Below are positions 37,450-46,873 of a stretch of 64,000 nucleotides of DNA, in pieces. How positions within the stretch are numbered: position 1 is the stretch's first letter; each line of letters starts with the position of its first letter. Source of the DNA: an uncultured virus (IMG/VR IMGVR_UViG_3300020256_000017) (taxonomy: Duplodnaviria > Heunggongvirae > Uroviricota > Caudoviricetes); the IMG/VR virus record IMGVR_UViG_3300020256_000017. One strand, written 5' to 3'. Made by a program: the position numbers and the translations under genes. A model generated the notes under the pieces. That model saw nothing but the letters and a program-made list of their open reading frames with translations. It did no database searches and had not been told where the DNA came from.

Positions 37450-39441
37450 TTATCGTGATAATTTGTGCTGTAACGCTGCATCCAATTCAGGTGTGTTTTG
37501 TGATGCTTCGTGTGGAGAAGGCGCATCAAAGAGTGTCATTGAGTCGCCAAAACTCTGTAATAGCACCTCTTTGGCGTAACTGTCAGCGTCAATACCTTCG
37601 TAGTCAAGTGTTGCCAAGTACGTATGATCGAACACACTTGCTGTTCTTTTATTTAATGCAAAATGCCCCCCTTCATAAGCCGGGGATGGTGATGTTGACA
37701 TGTCATTTAACCATTCGCTAACAACCGTCATCGCAACACTTGCTTTTTCGGGGGTTCTCAGTGTTATCAATAGTAAGCTAGATGACGGGTCATGTTCTGA
37801 TTCCATAGGCGTCGACATGTGTATTGCTGTTATGCCGTTTTCCTTTAGCTTAGTGTCTAATGCGCTACGAACGCGAGTTGCTTCCTCTAAAGTAGCGTCG
37901 TTATTAGATAAGGGGATAAGAAGCCTTTCATGTTTTCTTGTTGCTGATGTTGGCGTTATCATTGCTGTCTTTATAGGACCTTCTCCGCCATCAAAAACCA
38001 ATGCATTTTTCACCGGCGCGCGGGGGTGAAACAAAGAGCTGCCCTCAACCTCTTTGAAACCATTTTTTAAATGCATTTCGACATCATTTTTGAGGGGGGC
38101 CGTTAGCGAGATATCGGAGGGTGCGTTTAAGTGCAGCGTCGCTGCCATGGACTTCGAAATAGCAAGTGCTGTAGCGGTAAACTCAGCATTGTTCATTTTC
38201 GAGAAAAACGTGAGTTCGCGCTCACTCTTGATAATGTCCTGCACAACATCAGAATCGTCTAACGCATGTACGAACGCAGACATAACATTGTCCCGCATGG
38301 CATCATCCCATTTCTTCGCCTGCTCTGGATTTGCGTCCAGTAGACTTTTGATAGCATACAGCCCTAGTGTTGTATCATGATTAGGCCTGGTGAGCAGGGC
38401 TGCATCAGCACCTCGCATGGAGGGGTCTTCCAATGTGATGTCATGGGTAGATATGTCTACCTCTATGGGTAGCGCATAGGAGGTTGATTTTATTTGGTCA
38501 AGGTTATACTTGGCAATATTGGACTCTCTCATACGAACAATGGTATCAAAATAAGCATCAATAAGCGTGCTAGGCTCATTATTTTTAAGCATTGTTGTTT
38601 GTACAGCAAGCAGCATTTGTGCATCACTATGGACCTCTTGGTTGATGAGACCCATGCTCATCGCTTGGCAGGAGGACGTTCCATCTATAGTGGAGTGAAC
38701 AAGACCGTCATGGATGTCATCTTGGTGAGGATCACTGTGTCCTATCTCATGGATTAACCAGCCTGCACGAAGATAACGCGCAACGCCTTCGTAGTGCTCT
38801 GGTGAGGTGAAATTTAGAAGCTCATTAACGGTGATGCTTTTGTCCTCATTAATGTTAACCACGTTTCCATCTTTAGTTGGCATTTGTGATATCTGTTCCG
38901 CTGTCCATTTTGCCGTAATGCGAGACTTTGATACCATTGCGTTTACAATCTGGCTCTTGTGATTTTTCATTGTATCAGCTGACATGTCTATATCGTTGTC
39001 GAGAGATTTTTTTAGCATAGAGCTTAGCTGCAAAGAGGCTTTACCCAGAGTAACTTTGTCATTTGACATAACGTCCCATCCTGGGTAATCAGAAAATAGG
39101 GAGGGGATATTTTCTTTATAGCTGGTTACGTCCAAATTTCCAATGTGTTCATTTTGGTGGACGACAATGACATTAGAGAGCCACTCGTTTTTAGGAAGCC
39201 TGGAGTCGATAAATACCCCGCCGTTGTTTTTTTCAATATCAGCGGTGGTGAGCTTTTTGCCTGGGTTGCTAATGTCAGCGTAAGGTGTGGGCACACCTTC
39301 GCTATGTGATTGAGCCATCGTGACAATCTCATCAAGGTTGTCCATCGTTGTAGGCTCATGCATGGAGGCGACAGCTGCATTGGGCAGCAACATACTGGCG
39401 ATGAGTGCAGAAGTAATGATTTTGTTGGAGAGGGTTTTCAT
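37450..39441 (-). CDS. Exported HExxH (zincin-like) metallopeptidase candidate, tandem paralog
   Basis: Signal peptide, HEIGH and EVHSD; full-length similarity to 35374. Confidence 0.7.
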   Translation of the reverse strand: MKTLSNKIITSALIASMLLPNAAVASMHEPTTMDNLDEIVTMAQSHSEGVPTPYADISNPGKKLTTADIEKNNGGVFIDSRLPKNEWLSNVIVVHQNEHIGNLDVTSYKENIPSLFSDYPGWDVMSNDKVTLGKASLQLSSMLKKSLDNDIDMSADTMKNHKSQIVNAMVSKSRITAKWTAEQISQMPTKDGNVVNINEDKSITVNELLNFTSPEHYEGVARYLRAGWLIHEIGHSDPHQDDIHDGLVHSTIDGTSSCQAMSMGLINQEVHSDAQMLLAVQTTMLKNNEPSTLIDAYFDTIVRMRESNIAKYNLDQIKSTSYALPIEVDISTHDITLEDPSMRGADAALLTRPNHDTTLGLYAIKSLLDANPEQAKKWDDAMRDNVMSAFVHALDDSDVVQDIIKSERELTFFSKMNNAEFTATALAISKSMAATLHLNAPSDISLTAPLKNDVEMHLKNGFKEVEGSSLFHPRAPVKNALVFDGGEGPIKTAMITPTSATRKHERLLIPLSNNDATLEEATRVRSALDTKLKENGITAIHMSTPMESEHDPSSSLLLITLRTPEKASVAMTVVSEWLNDMSTSPSPAYEGGHFALNKRTASVFDHTYLATLDYEGIDADSYAKEVLLQSFGDSMTLFDAPSPHEASQNTPELDAALQHKLSR

Positions 39442-39499
39442 AAAGCCATGACCTTTTTTTCATGGCTTTATGATATCACATGGATGTGATTTTAATGGA

Positions 39500-39958
39500 T
39501 TAGAATTGGTTGGCCGGCGCTCCCCACCGATTAGTGTCCTTGGAGTCAATGACGCCAATGTAAATAGGGTAACACAAGGCGGCAATATAAAGTGCGACAC
39601 TCACGATATAAAGTCCGGACCAGTAAACACCTTGGTCAAAGGATGTGCTTGCGTAGTAGGCAAAGCCTGTTATGCCTAGCATCATTACAGACAAACCCAG
39701 CGGGATGAAAAAATGCCATCCTGAACGGCCGGTGTCGTGAAGGCGTCTTACGAAGAGGGTGATGCTGGGGATTAAGATCAACAGCTGATATCCCACCGCA
39801 ATATACCCTAAGGCGGTTACGCCCGTAAGGGCATCTAAGAAACCAATCACTAAGCCAAAGATGAAGTTTACGGCCATGAAGGACCAGTATTCTTTTCTCC
39901 TGGAACGCCCAGAGAAAGTGAAATATTTAGATAGCGCCTCGATATAATAATGAAACAT
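39500..39958 (-). CDS. DUF805 (YhaH/YhaI-like) inner-membrane protein
   Basis: FSGRSRRKEYW, VRRLHDTGRSGW and NRWG motifs. Confidence 0.9.
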   Translation of the reverse strand: MFHYYIEALSKYFTFSGRSRRKEYWSFMAVNFIFGLVIGFLDALTGVTALGYIAVGYQLLILIPSITLFVRRLHDTGRSGWHFFIPLGLSVMMLGITGFAYYASTSFDQGVYWSGLYIVSVALYIAALCYPIYIGVIDSKDTNRWGAPANQF

Positions 39959-40010
39959 AACATTCCTTTTTCTGTTGTTTTGCTCTAGCCTGAAAAGCAA
40001 GTAGCATGCC

Positions 40011-40601
40011 TTAGTTTGTCATCGACAGCATGCGTTTGATGTGCTCATGATAGGCCATTTTGCACATTACTTTAACGGCGCGAGGAACATCAGGCCGAGT
40101 TGTGTGATCATCGACATTAAGCGCCCATGTTCTTCCTTCACATAAATAACGCGTCAAGGTTAATTCCAGCCACGCGCTCGTAATATCAGGTTGGTAGTTC
40201 ACCTTAAACATGTATTTTGCGTTTAAAAATTGGCAAATTACCATGTTGTAACTGTGGACGTAAGCGTGACAAGGTGAGCTTTGTAATGCTTCATCATTAA
40301 TCGAAGCACGAAGTAACGTCGTTTCAACATCCATTTGCGGGACAAAGAGGGAGGCAGTGAAGTCGCCTTGACGAAATTCAACCCCGCGATCAATAATGTA
40401 AACGCTGTGGGTTTTCTTTTCTTCATCAAAGGGGGTTGATAGTGCGACCCGCAAGATGCTTCCTTCTGCATCGCGCAGAAAAAAAGCGGCTTTTTCTAAT
40501 GCGAGAAAAAGCGCATTTCGTCCTGCGGCATGCGGGGGGAATTGCTGAATATCATTTTCTGTTATTACATCCATCATAGTTTCCTTGCTGTCCGTAATCA
40601 T
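40011..40601 (-). CDS. Hypothetical protein
   Basis: ORF in a minus-strand operon. Confidence 0.7.
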   Translation of the reverse strand: MITDSKETMMDVITENDIQQFPPHAAGRNALFLALEKAAFFLRDAEGSILRVALSTPFDEEKKTHSVYIIDRGVEFRQGDFTASLFVPQMDVETTLLRASINDEALQSSPCHAYVHSYNMVICQFLNAKYMFKVNYQPDITSAWLELTLTRYLCEGRTWALNVDDHTTRPDVPRAVKVMCKMAYHEHIKRMLSMTN

Positions 40602-40609
40602 GTGTCACA

Positions 40610-40930
40610 TCATGAGACCTGTCGAGCGATAATTTTATCAATATCTTGCGCCTCGACCCATAGGTGTTCAACAGGTACGTTGTCCAGCACTTTGCAGTAG
40701 TGATGAACCCAGCGATTCAGGAAATACTCGGTATTTATGTACTTCCACTCTGAGTTTAGCGTTAAGTTAACGTCACTCATTAAAGTTTCAGATTCGAAGT
40801 CGGCAACCGCTTTACAGTTGACAGATGTGGTATCATCCAGCGCTGATTTAGTCAGAAAGTTAGGCGCGTGGCATAAGCGCGTCTCGGGGCGTTTGCCTTT
40901 AGTGTATATGTAAATGGCGCGTTGAAGCAT
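40610..40930 (-). CDS. Hypothetical protein
   Basis: AAGG RBS, start MLQRAIY. Confidence 0.65.
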   Translation of the reverse strand: MLQRAIYIYTKGKRPETRLCHAPNFLTKSALDDTTSVNCKAVADFESETLMSDVNLTLNSEWKYINTEYFLNRWVHHYCKVLDNVPVEHLWVEAQDIDKIIARQVS

Positions 40931-40962
40931 ATTTTTTACCTTTGAGTTGTTTGTTTTGAGTA

Positions 40963-41343
40963 TTAGTAAGGTAAGTCTACCCATCTAATGCCGTAGGTGA
41001 AAATGAGTGCGATGACGAAAGATAGCGCAAATGTCATCAGTGAAAAAGCGCCCCAGCGAACAAAGCCAGATGCCTCATTGTCATGATCGACCATCTTATA
41101 GGCAACGCGCATGGTGAATATGGCGGTGGCAGCGATGATTGCCGAGTAAATAGGCTCCCATTTAAACGCGAGAAGCACAGCGCCTAGCACGCTCCCAAAA
41201 AAGACGACATCAATAAGGTGAGAAAGCCATTTCCATTTAACGCGAAGTCCAAAGGGGGGTGATGTTACTAAGCCCTTAAAGAGCCGCGTGCACCCTACTG
41301 CAAAGAGTAAGATGGCGCAGAGTTTAAATGTATATCCTATCAT
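40963..41343 (-). CDS. Hypothetical membrane protein
   Basis: About four hydrophobic helices. Confidence 0.7.
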   Translation of the reverse strand: MIGYTFKLCAILLFAVGCTRLFKGLVTSPPFGLRVKWKWLSHLIDVVFFGSVLGAVLLAFKWEPIYSAIIAATAIFTMRVAYKMVDHDNEASGFVRWGAFSLMTFALSFVIALIFTYGIRWVDLPY

Positions 41344-41408
41344 AATACGAAATTGTGTCTTCTTAATGTTTTTGCATTGATTTATCTACGTATCAGATAA
41401 TATCACAA

Positions 41409-41699
41409 TTACACTGACACGCTGTCATCTGATTGCTGTTTTTCGAGCTGCGCATCAATCATTTCACGGCTAATAAATACCTCTAACCGGTTGGTGTTAA
41501 GCGCCGTGGGCATACCTTTATTGGGGCCTGACTTTAATGGACGTGTATCCGAACCTATTGCCATGATGCCATTAGCGACATGTCTGAAATCATACGCCAT
41601 CCAGCTATCGCTGAGATTAGGATTGATCTTTTCTGCTTCGATACGCGCAGCATCGGCCATCGCTTTGCCTGAGTCAAGTTTATCTGGGGTTGTGTTCAT
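41409..41699 (-). CDS. Hypothetical protein
   Basis: GAGG RBS, start MNTTPDK. Confidence 0.7.
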   Translation of the reverse strand: MNTTPDKLDSGKAMADAARIEAEKINPNLSDSWMAYDFRHVANGIMAIGSDTRPLKSGPNKGMPTALNTNRLEVFISREMIDAQLEKQQSDDSVSV

Positions 41700-41716
41700 A
41701 AAGTACCTCATATAAA

Positions 41717-41974
41717 TTATTGATTGTCTGAGTGACAGAGCGAACAAGTGAGTTGATGGTCGTCTTTTATTGACTCTTCAATATCAAACACTTGTTGACA
41801 TCTCTCACAACGAAAGAGGTCGTCATCCGCAAGAGGGTATGCCTCCATCGCGGCGACAATAGCGCGCTTCTCATCGATGAGGTGGGTGCGCTTTGATGCA
41901 CCTTGCGTTTTCTCAATATCATCATTAGTCCTGGCGAGGGCAGTGACTAAATCATCATAGGTGTTATATTCCAT
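41717..41974 (-). CDS. Small zinc-ribbon protein
   Basis: CERC..CSLC; coupled to the upstream stop. Confidence 0.65.
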   Translation of the reverse strand: MEYNTYDDLVTALARTNDDIEKTQGASKRTHLIDEKRAIVAAMEAYPLADDDLFRCERCQQVFDIEESIKDDHQLTCSLCHSDNQ

Positions 41975-42330
41975 TATTGGCCCTCGAAGTTAATTTCGTA
42001 GTAAGCCTCGCAGATTAAAAAAGCAAATTCTTCAATATCATTACGACACTCATCCATCAGTGCTTTTTCAGACTCGTAAAATGATTCGGCCGTGTCGCTG
42101 ATTTCATCAGCGTTTAGGTGGCTAAAGTTAACCTCGGCGACCGTTTCACCAACATCTATATCGTTCCCCTCAACAATGGCACCATATCCCTCGTAGCCCG
42201 TCTTGAAGATCCACGCCAACGAGCCCTCTATCCGCTTTGCACGCTGAAAGCCGGTGTCTGGGTCAGTAAGGAAAAAGCCGTCATCCAAATCACGTTGGAC
42301 ATCAGCAGGGTATGTAGTATCGATAGACAT
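41974..42330 (-). CDS. Hypothetical acidic protein
   Basis: GAGGA RBS, start MSIDTTY; box promoter upstream. Confidence 0.75.
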   Translation of the reverse strand: MSIDTTYPADVQRDLDDGFFLTDPDTGFQRAKRIEGSLAWIFKTGYEGYGAIVEGNDIDVGETVAEVNFSHLNADEISDTAESFYESEKALMDECRNDIEEFAFLICEAYYEINFEGQ

Positions 42331-42377
42331 TAGCGTTCCTCTTTTCGAGCGCTCTCGTGTGGATAACGAAAGTGCAT

Positions 42378-42422
42378 TGTGTTGACATGAAGTATTGTCC
42401 CAAAAGTTAAGAGGGTTGTCAA
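42378..42422 (-). promoter_or_regulatory. GTCAACACA-box promoter
   Basis: TTGACA..TGGGACAAT..GTCAACACA. Confidence 0.8.
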
Positions 42423-42553
42423 GACTCATGAGTTAAGCAAGATAAGTTTGGGTATGGTAAGTTCGACATTCGGCACGTTCTTTTACGCTGCCGTTGTGTG
42501 CCGCTTTTTCTTTTTTAACAACATCAGAAGGAGGTGTGAATATCAATTTAAAT

Positions 42554-42597
42554 TTGATTAAAGGTTATGTTTGTAGTAGATTAGACACGTCAAAACA
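42554..42597 (+). promoter_or_regulatory. Box promoter variant (GTCAAAACA)
   Basis: TTGATT-N17-TAGATT-N6-GTCAAAACA; an exact box overlaps the ATG at 42619. Confidence 0.65.
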
Positions 42598-42618
42598 ACA
42601 AACTTAAATAGGTGAATA

Positions 42619-43116
42619 ATGTCAACACAAACAGGTTTCAATGTTAACAGAGAAACGTTATTTGAAAGTGAATTGCGGTTCAGTAACGTTATAATTATGG
42701 ATTTAGTGACCTCCGAAGAAACGGCGCCGCAGTCTTTAAAAGACGCGTTGTATGACATTGACGAAATAAAGCCTGCATTAGATCAAATGGGGGTGAAAGG
42801 TGTCGAAGACTACGATGACACTAGTGAGTTGATTTATCTTATTGCCAACGAAATGAATGTGTGTGGTGTGTTGGCGCAAGTGGAAACGCCGCTGCCAAAT
42901 GATTTTATGACCAAGCTAAACTCTGACGAGCTCGATAGACACAGCTATGGTTACTCCTGGGGAAGATATACATCGACATGGATATACGCAAAAGATATCC
43001 AATCGTTAACAGAAAAAGCCGAGAAATGGCGAGCAAACGTGATTAATGAGGCATATAATGCCGCGTGTGAACAAAAATCGCAGTCTGCGGATAATCAACA
43101 AAAGGGTGAAGAGTGA
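42619..43116 (+). CDS. Hypothetical acidic protein
   Basis: AGGTG RBS, 165 aa. Confidence 0.8.
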   Translation: MSTQTGFNVNRETLFESELRFSNVIIMDLVTSEETAPQSLKDALYDIDEIKPALDQMGVKGVEDYDDTSELIYLIANEMNVCGVLAQVETPLPNDFMTKLNSDELDRHSYGYSWGRYTSTWIYAKDIQSLTEKAEKWRANVINEAYNAACEQKSQSADNQQKGEE

Positions 43117-43184
43117 GTACGAATACAAAAGGAAATGTAAGCTGTGTTAGGGTATCTGAAACCCTACCGAGAGGTAAAGATGGT

Positions 43185-44354
43185 ATGTTTAATATCGCTG
43201 TTGCAGGTACGGGTTATGTGGGGTTGTCTAACGCCATGTTGCTCGCGCAGCACAATGTGGTAACAGCAGTAGATATTGTTGCCAGTAAAGTTGAATTGCT
43301 TAATCAAAAGACGTCGCCTATCGAAGATAAAGAGATAAGTGCGTTTCTAAAAAGAGAATCATTGCATTTTGAGGCTACGCTCGATGCAAAATCTGCTTAC
43401 AAAGATGCCGATTTTGTTATCATTGCGACGCCAACGGATTATGATCCGACAACAAATTACTTTGATACAAGCAGCGTCGATGCCGTTATCAACGATGTGA
43501 TGGCTGTTAACCCTGATGCGACAATGATCATTAAGTCAACGGTTCCCGTCGGTTTTACCAGGCACGCAAGGGAGCGATTTAATACCCCCAACCTCATTTT
43601 CTCTCCTGAGTTTTTACGTGAAGGGAGTGCGTTGTATGATAACCTTCATCCAAGTCGAATTATCGTCGGTGAGCGCAGTGAGAGAGCCACGGTGTTTGCT
43701 GGGTTGCTACAGCAAGGCGCCGTAAAACAAAATGTCGACGTGCTCTTTACTGATAACACAGAGGCAGAGGCTATCAAGCTTTTTGCTAACACCTACTTGG
43801 CGATGCGGGTTGCTTACTTCAATGAATTAGACAGCTACGCAGAACGCAATCAATTAGACACTAAGCAGATTATCGAAGGTGTGGGGCTTGACCCGCGTAT
43901 TGGTAAGCACTACAACAACCCTAGTTTCGGTTACGGCGGGTATTGCCTGCCTAAAGATACCAAACAGCTGTTGGCCAATTACAGCGATGTGCCTAACAAC
44001 ATGATTCAGGCCATTGTGGAGGCAAATCGGACCCGTAAGGATTTTGTTGCAGATTCAATTGTAAGTCGTGCCCCCAGAGTAGTTGGTGTGTATAGACTTA
44101 TCATGAAATCAGGGTCGGACAATTTCCGAGCAAGCGCCATCCAGGGGATAATGAAGCGCATAAAGGCTAAAGGCATTGAAGTGATTGTCTATGAGCCTGT
44201 GTTGGAGGAAGAAAGCTTCTATAATTCGCGCGTGGTAAATGACCTGGCCGTGTTTAAGGCGCAATCTGATGTGATTGTTGCCAACCGAGTAACGGACGAA
44301 ATCAGTGATGTGTTAGATAAGGTCTATAGTCGAGATTTGTTCAACGCAAATTAA
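43185..44354 (+). CDS. ugd: UDP-glucose 6-dehydrogenase
   Basis: GTGYVG Rossmann motif, [27 protein letters not shown] catalytic Cys motif. Confidence 0.97.
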   Translation: MFNIAVAGTGYVGLSNAMLLAQHNVVTAVDIVASKVELLNQKTSPIEDKEISAFLKRESLHFEATLDAKSAYKDADFVIIATPTDYDPTTNYFDTSSVDAVINDVMAVNPDATMIIKSTVPVGFTRHARERFNTPNLIFSPEFLREGSALYDNLHPSRIIVGERSERATVFAGLLQQGAVKQNVDVLFTDNTEAEAIKLFANTYLAMRVAYFNELDSYAERNQLDTKQIIEGVGLDPRIGKHYNNPSFGYGGYCLPKDTKQLLANYSDVPNNMIQAIVEANRTRKDFVADSIVSRAPRVVGVYRLIMKSGSDNFRASAIQGIMKRIKAKGIEVIVYEPVLEEESFYNSRVVNDLAVFKAQSDVIVANRVTDEISDVLDKVYSRDLFNAN

Positions 44355-44375
44355 GAACGCGCTTTACGTGATAAA

Positions 44376-44402
44376 CAAAACCCGCTTATTGCGGGTTTTT
44401 TG
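44376..44402. terminator. Intrinsic terminator
   Basis: AAAACCCGC-TTATT-GCGGGTTTTTT. Confidence 0.75.
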
Positions 44403-44877
44403 ATAGCGTCATAGAGAACGTGGGGGTCTCATCGCCGCAATGCTCTCGCCATGTCAACACATGGTCGGTAGATGTAATCCAAGTCGTCTCTGAGTTTTTT
44501 GGGGCGAGCGACTCGTTGTGCACTTTAGCGTAGCGGCGGTATAGTGCTGAGAATTCAGATTGACAATATGTTGTAGACGAAAACGTCACAGTAATACTAG
44601 ACTCAACAGCAATATCGCTATCGTCAGTGAGGTATTCTGCAAGCACAATGTGATATTCTTCATCACTAGTGAAACGCTGAGGAACCTGTTGGTAACGGAC
44701 GCCGCCGTTATTTTCAGGGGTCATCACCCATCCTCGCGCATCAGGGTTGACTTTACCCAACGTTATACCTCCAAGCGTGTCGATGATAGGCAGCACAGCG
44801 GGAGGTTTCTTTGCATGGGTTAGCATAGGCGTGATTGCAAGCATTGTTGCGAGAGTAGAGCAGATAACATATTTCAT
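44386..44877 (-). CDS. Hypothetical exported protein
   Basis: Signal peptide ..THA. Confidence 0.7.
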   Translation of the reverse strand: MKYVICSTLATMLAITPMLTHAKKPPAVLPIIDTLGGITLGKVNPDARGWVMTPENNGGVRYQQVPQRFTSDEEYHIVLAEYLTDDSDIAVESSITVTFSSTTYCQSEFSALYRRYAKVHNESLAPKNSETTWITSTDHVLTWREHCGDETPTFSMTLSKNPQ

Positions 44878-45262
44878 CCAAAAATCCTTTTTTGAGCTTA
44901 GATAAACACTATTGTTGGGTTGGTAACCATCACTTAGTTTAAATTTTACACGAGATGGTGTGCAGGGGCAAGTTCATCATCTACTCTGAACGTCCAAATG
45001 TCGGAGAGTAATAAAGTCTCATACTAAGTATTAAAGTGTCATAATGAGTAATATAGATTCGCACTCACATCAAACGTTTCCTATTACCGATTGAAAAATA
45101 AGGTTTCCAACGCGATGGTGGTTTTTTGGCCATCCCCATGGGAAATTGATTTTCCTATCATGATATGTTAAATTCCAATCAGGCATATTTGATAGGCGAA
45201 TACACAGAAAATATAATTGGGCAATCTCTGATTTCTTAAGTGTATTGAAGTGAATAATAGCC

Positions 45263-45556
45263 ATGCATGGAAATATGATGGGAAATATTGTTACAGAAAA
45301 TAAATATCAAAATGCGCTTAGATTATGTGTAGTGAGCGTATCAGTATACATTTTGGCATCAACATTTATAGCAGTGTACGACTACTTCCCCTTACAACCG
45401 ACCAACAAGATCTTAGGATTCGAATTACTAGAAGCCAGTCGCTTCGTGGCATTAGTTCGAGTGTTTTTAGCTGCGTCCTTTGCTTTAATAATTACTCTTC
45501 TCCCCCTCCTATACGCTTGGGCGTGGATAGAAGATAAATGTTTTTCTGAGGTATAG
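45263..45556 (+). CDS. Small membrane protein in an AT-rich patch
   Basis: Two hydrophobic segments; start uncertain. Confidence 0.5.
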   Translation: MHGNMMGNIVTENKYQNALRLCVVSVSVYILASTFIAVYDYFPLQPTNKILGFELLEASRFVALVRVFLAASFALIITLLPLLYAWAWIEDKCFSEV

Positions 45557-45564
45557 GAAATATA

Positions 45565-45756
45565 ATGTTTGGGAGAAAAGAAGTTTACGGCATGTTTACA
45601 TGTGTTTTCGCGTCGTTAGTCGTAGCTGAATATTCGCATGGGGGAAGCCAATCTCTGTTTTACAATTGGGTTTTGGGGATGATGATATTCGCTGGGTTAC
45701 TTATTGGTGAATTATGCGAGTCGAAAAGGTTAAAAGCTAGTAAAAACGCTAAATAG
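45565..45756 (+). CDS. Small membrane protein in an AT-rich patch
   Basis: AGGA RBS, two hydrophobic segments. Confidence 0.45.
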   Translation: MFGRKEVYGMFTCVFASLVVAEYSHGGSQSLFYNWVLGMMIFAGLLIGELCESKRLKASKNAK

Positions 45757-46161
45757 GAAAAATCAGGTGAGTTTGAAAACCCGCATAATCGACTATTGAA
45801 AGGCGACACCAAACGGCTTTTCGTCTGACAGGACGATTATGCTTGCGCTTTATCCAGAGGTGAAAAGGGGTTAGATGTTGATATTAATTCAATCGTTGAA
45901 TTAGCAGATGCACTATGTCAGGAAATTTGTAGTGAACACGTAGAGTTGAGGCAACTTAGGTACGAAAGAGTTGCAGATCTCGATTTATCTAAACGCCGTA
46001 AGTCGACATAGGAAAAAGTCGAGTAAAAAATAAAGTTGGGTAAAAGTGAGTTTCAACACGCTGTTAAGTCATTCGGTTATCCCAATTACGATAAAAGAGC
46101 TGACTTAGTCAGAGGAAAGTTCACTCTGCTTTCTACTCTTATAATACTGATGCCGCTTGCC

Positions 46162-46803
46162 TTATTCAGACACACTTTCCTCGTGATACTCTCCCACGCC
46201 AAACCGATGCTCCCAGAACGCACGCACCAACTCTTGATCTTCTGCACTCATAGCACTCTCCTCTATAACACTTGAAAAGGCGCCTAAAAGTTGCGATGAA
46301 GCTTCAAAGCCAATGTTAAACACGTGAGGCGTGAGGTGTTGTGATGAGATTTTATTGTTAATCTTATCGTTGTCCCAATCTAACCAATCGTCACTCAAAG
46401 ACAGTGAGGGGTTGGTCCACAGTAAATCCTCATAGAGCTCAAGGTTGTATTCGTGCTGCTGCATTTCAAACGGCAGTGGTTGTCGTGGTATGGCTGCATC
46501 GTCCCATATTTTTCGCCATAATGAGACGCTGTGGCCAATAACAGTTTCGCTGTCTGCGCGAAGTTTTTTGCCGTGTTGTTTGGCGACAACAAGAGCGGCG
46601 GCGTAAAGAATGTGTCCGAGTCCGGCCCTTCCCCCGATCGTCGCTGCGTTAACCACCTCCATGTACTCTGTAGAGGTGTGCACTCTCAATATTCCCACCA
46701 GCGCTGAATCGTCATTGATAAGGCGGAGTGTATGTTGGTCACACCACAAGCACTGAAAGCGTTGTGATGCAAAAGCAGAGATGGCCTTTTCGGTGAATGT
46801 CAT
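46162..46803 (-). CDS. GNAT-like fold hypothetical protein
   Basis: GRAGLGHILY resembles GNAT motif A. Confidence 0.5.
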   Translation of the reverse strand: MTFTEKAISAFASQRFQCLWCDQHTLRLINDDSALVGILRVHTSTEYMEVVNAATIGGRAGLGHILYAAALVVAKQHGKKLRADSETVIGHSVSLWRKIWDDAAIPRQPLPFEMQQHEYNLELYEDLLWTNPSLSLSDDWLDWDNDKINNKISSQHLTPHVFNIGFEASSQLLGAFSSVIEESAMSAEDQELVRAFWEHRFGVGEYHEESVSE

Positions 46804-46873
46804 TTACTCATAATCAATACACTAAACCAAGATTAAATTGTATCAATATTTGCTTTGGTTGACAATGATTAAA

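Noticed and set aside
2952..42429. ORF-track starts that extend through the box promoters (e.g. 3644, 5587, 6801, 12572, 13510, 23492, 26159, 26862, 42429)
   Set aside because: These starts lie in or beyond the promoter; downstream ATGs with an RBS right after the box are more plausible.
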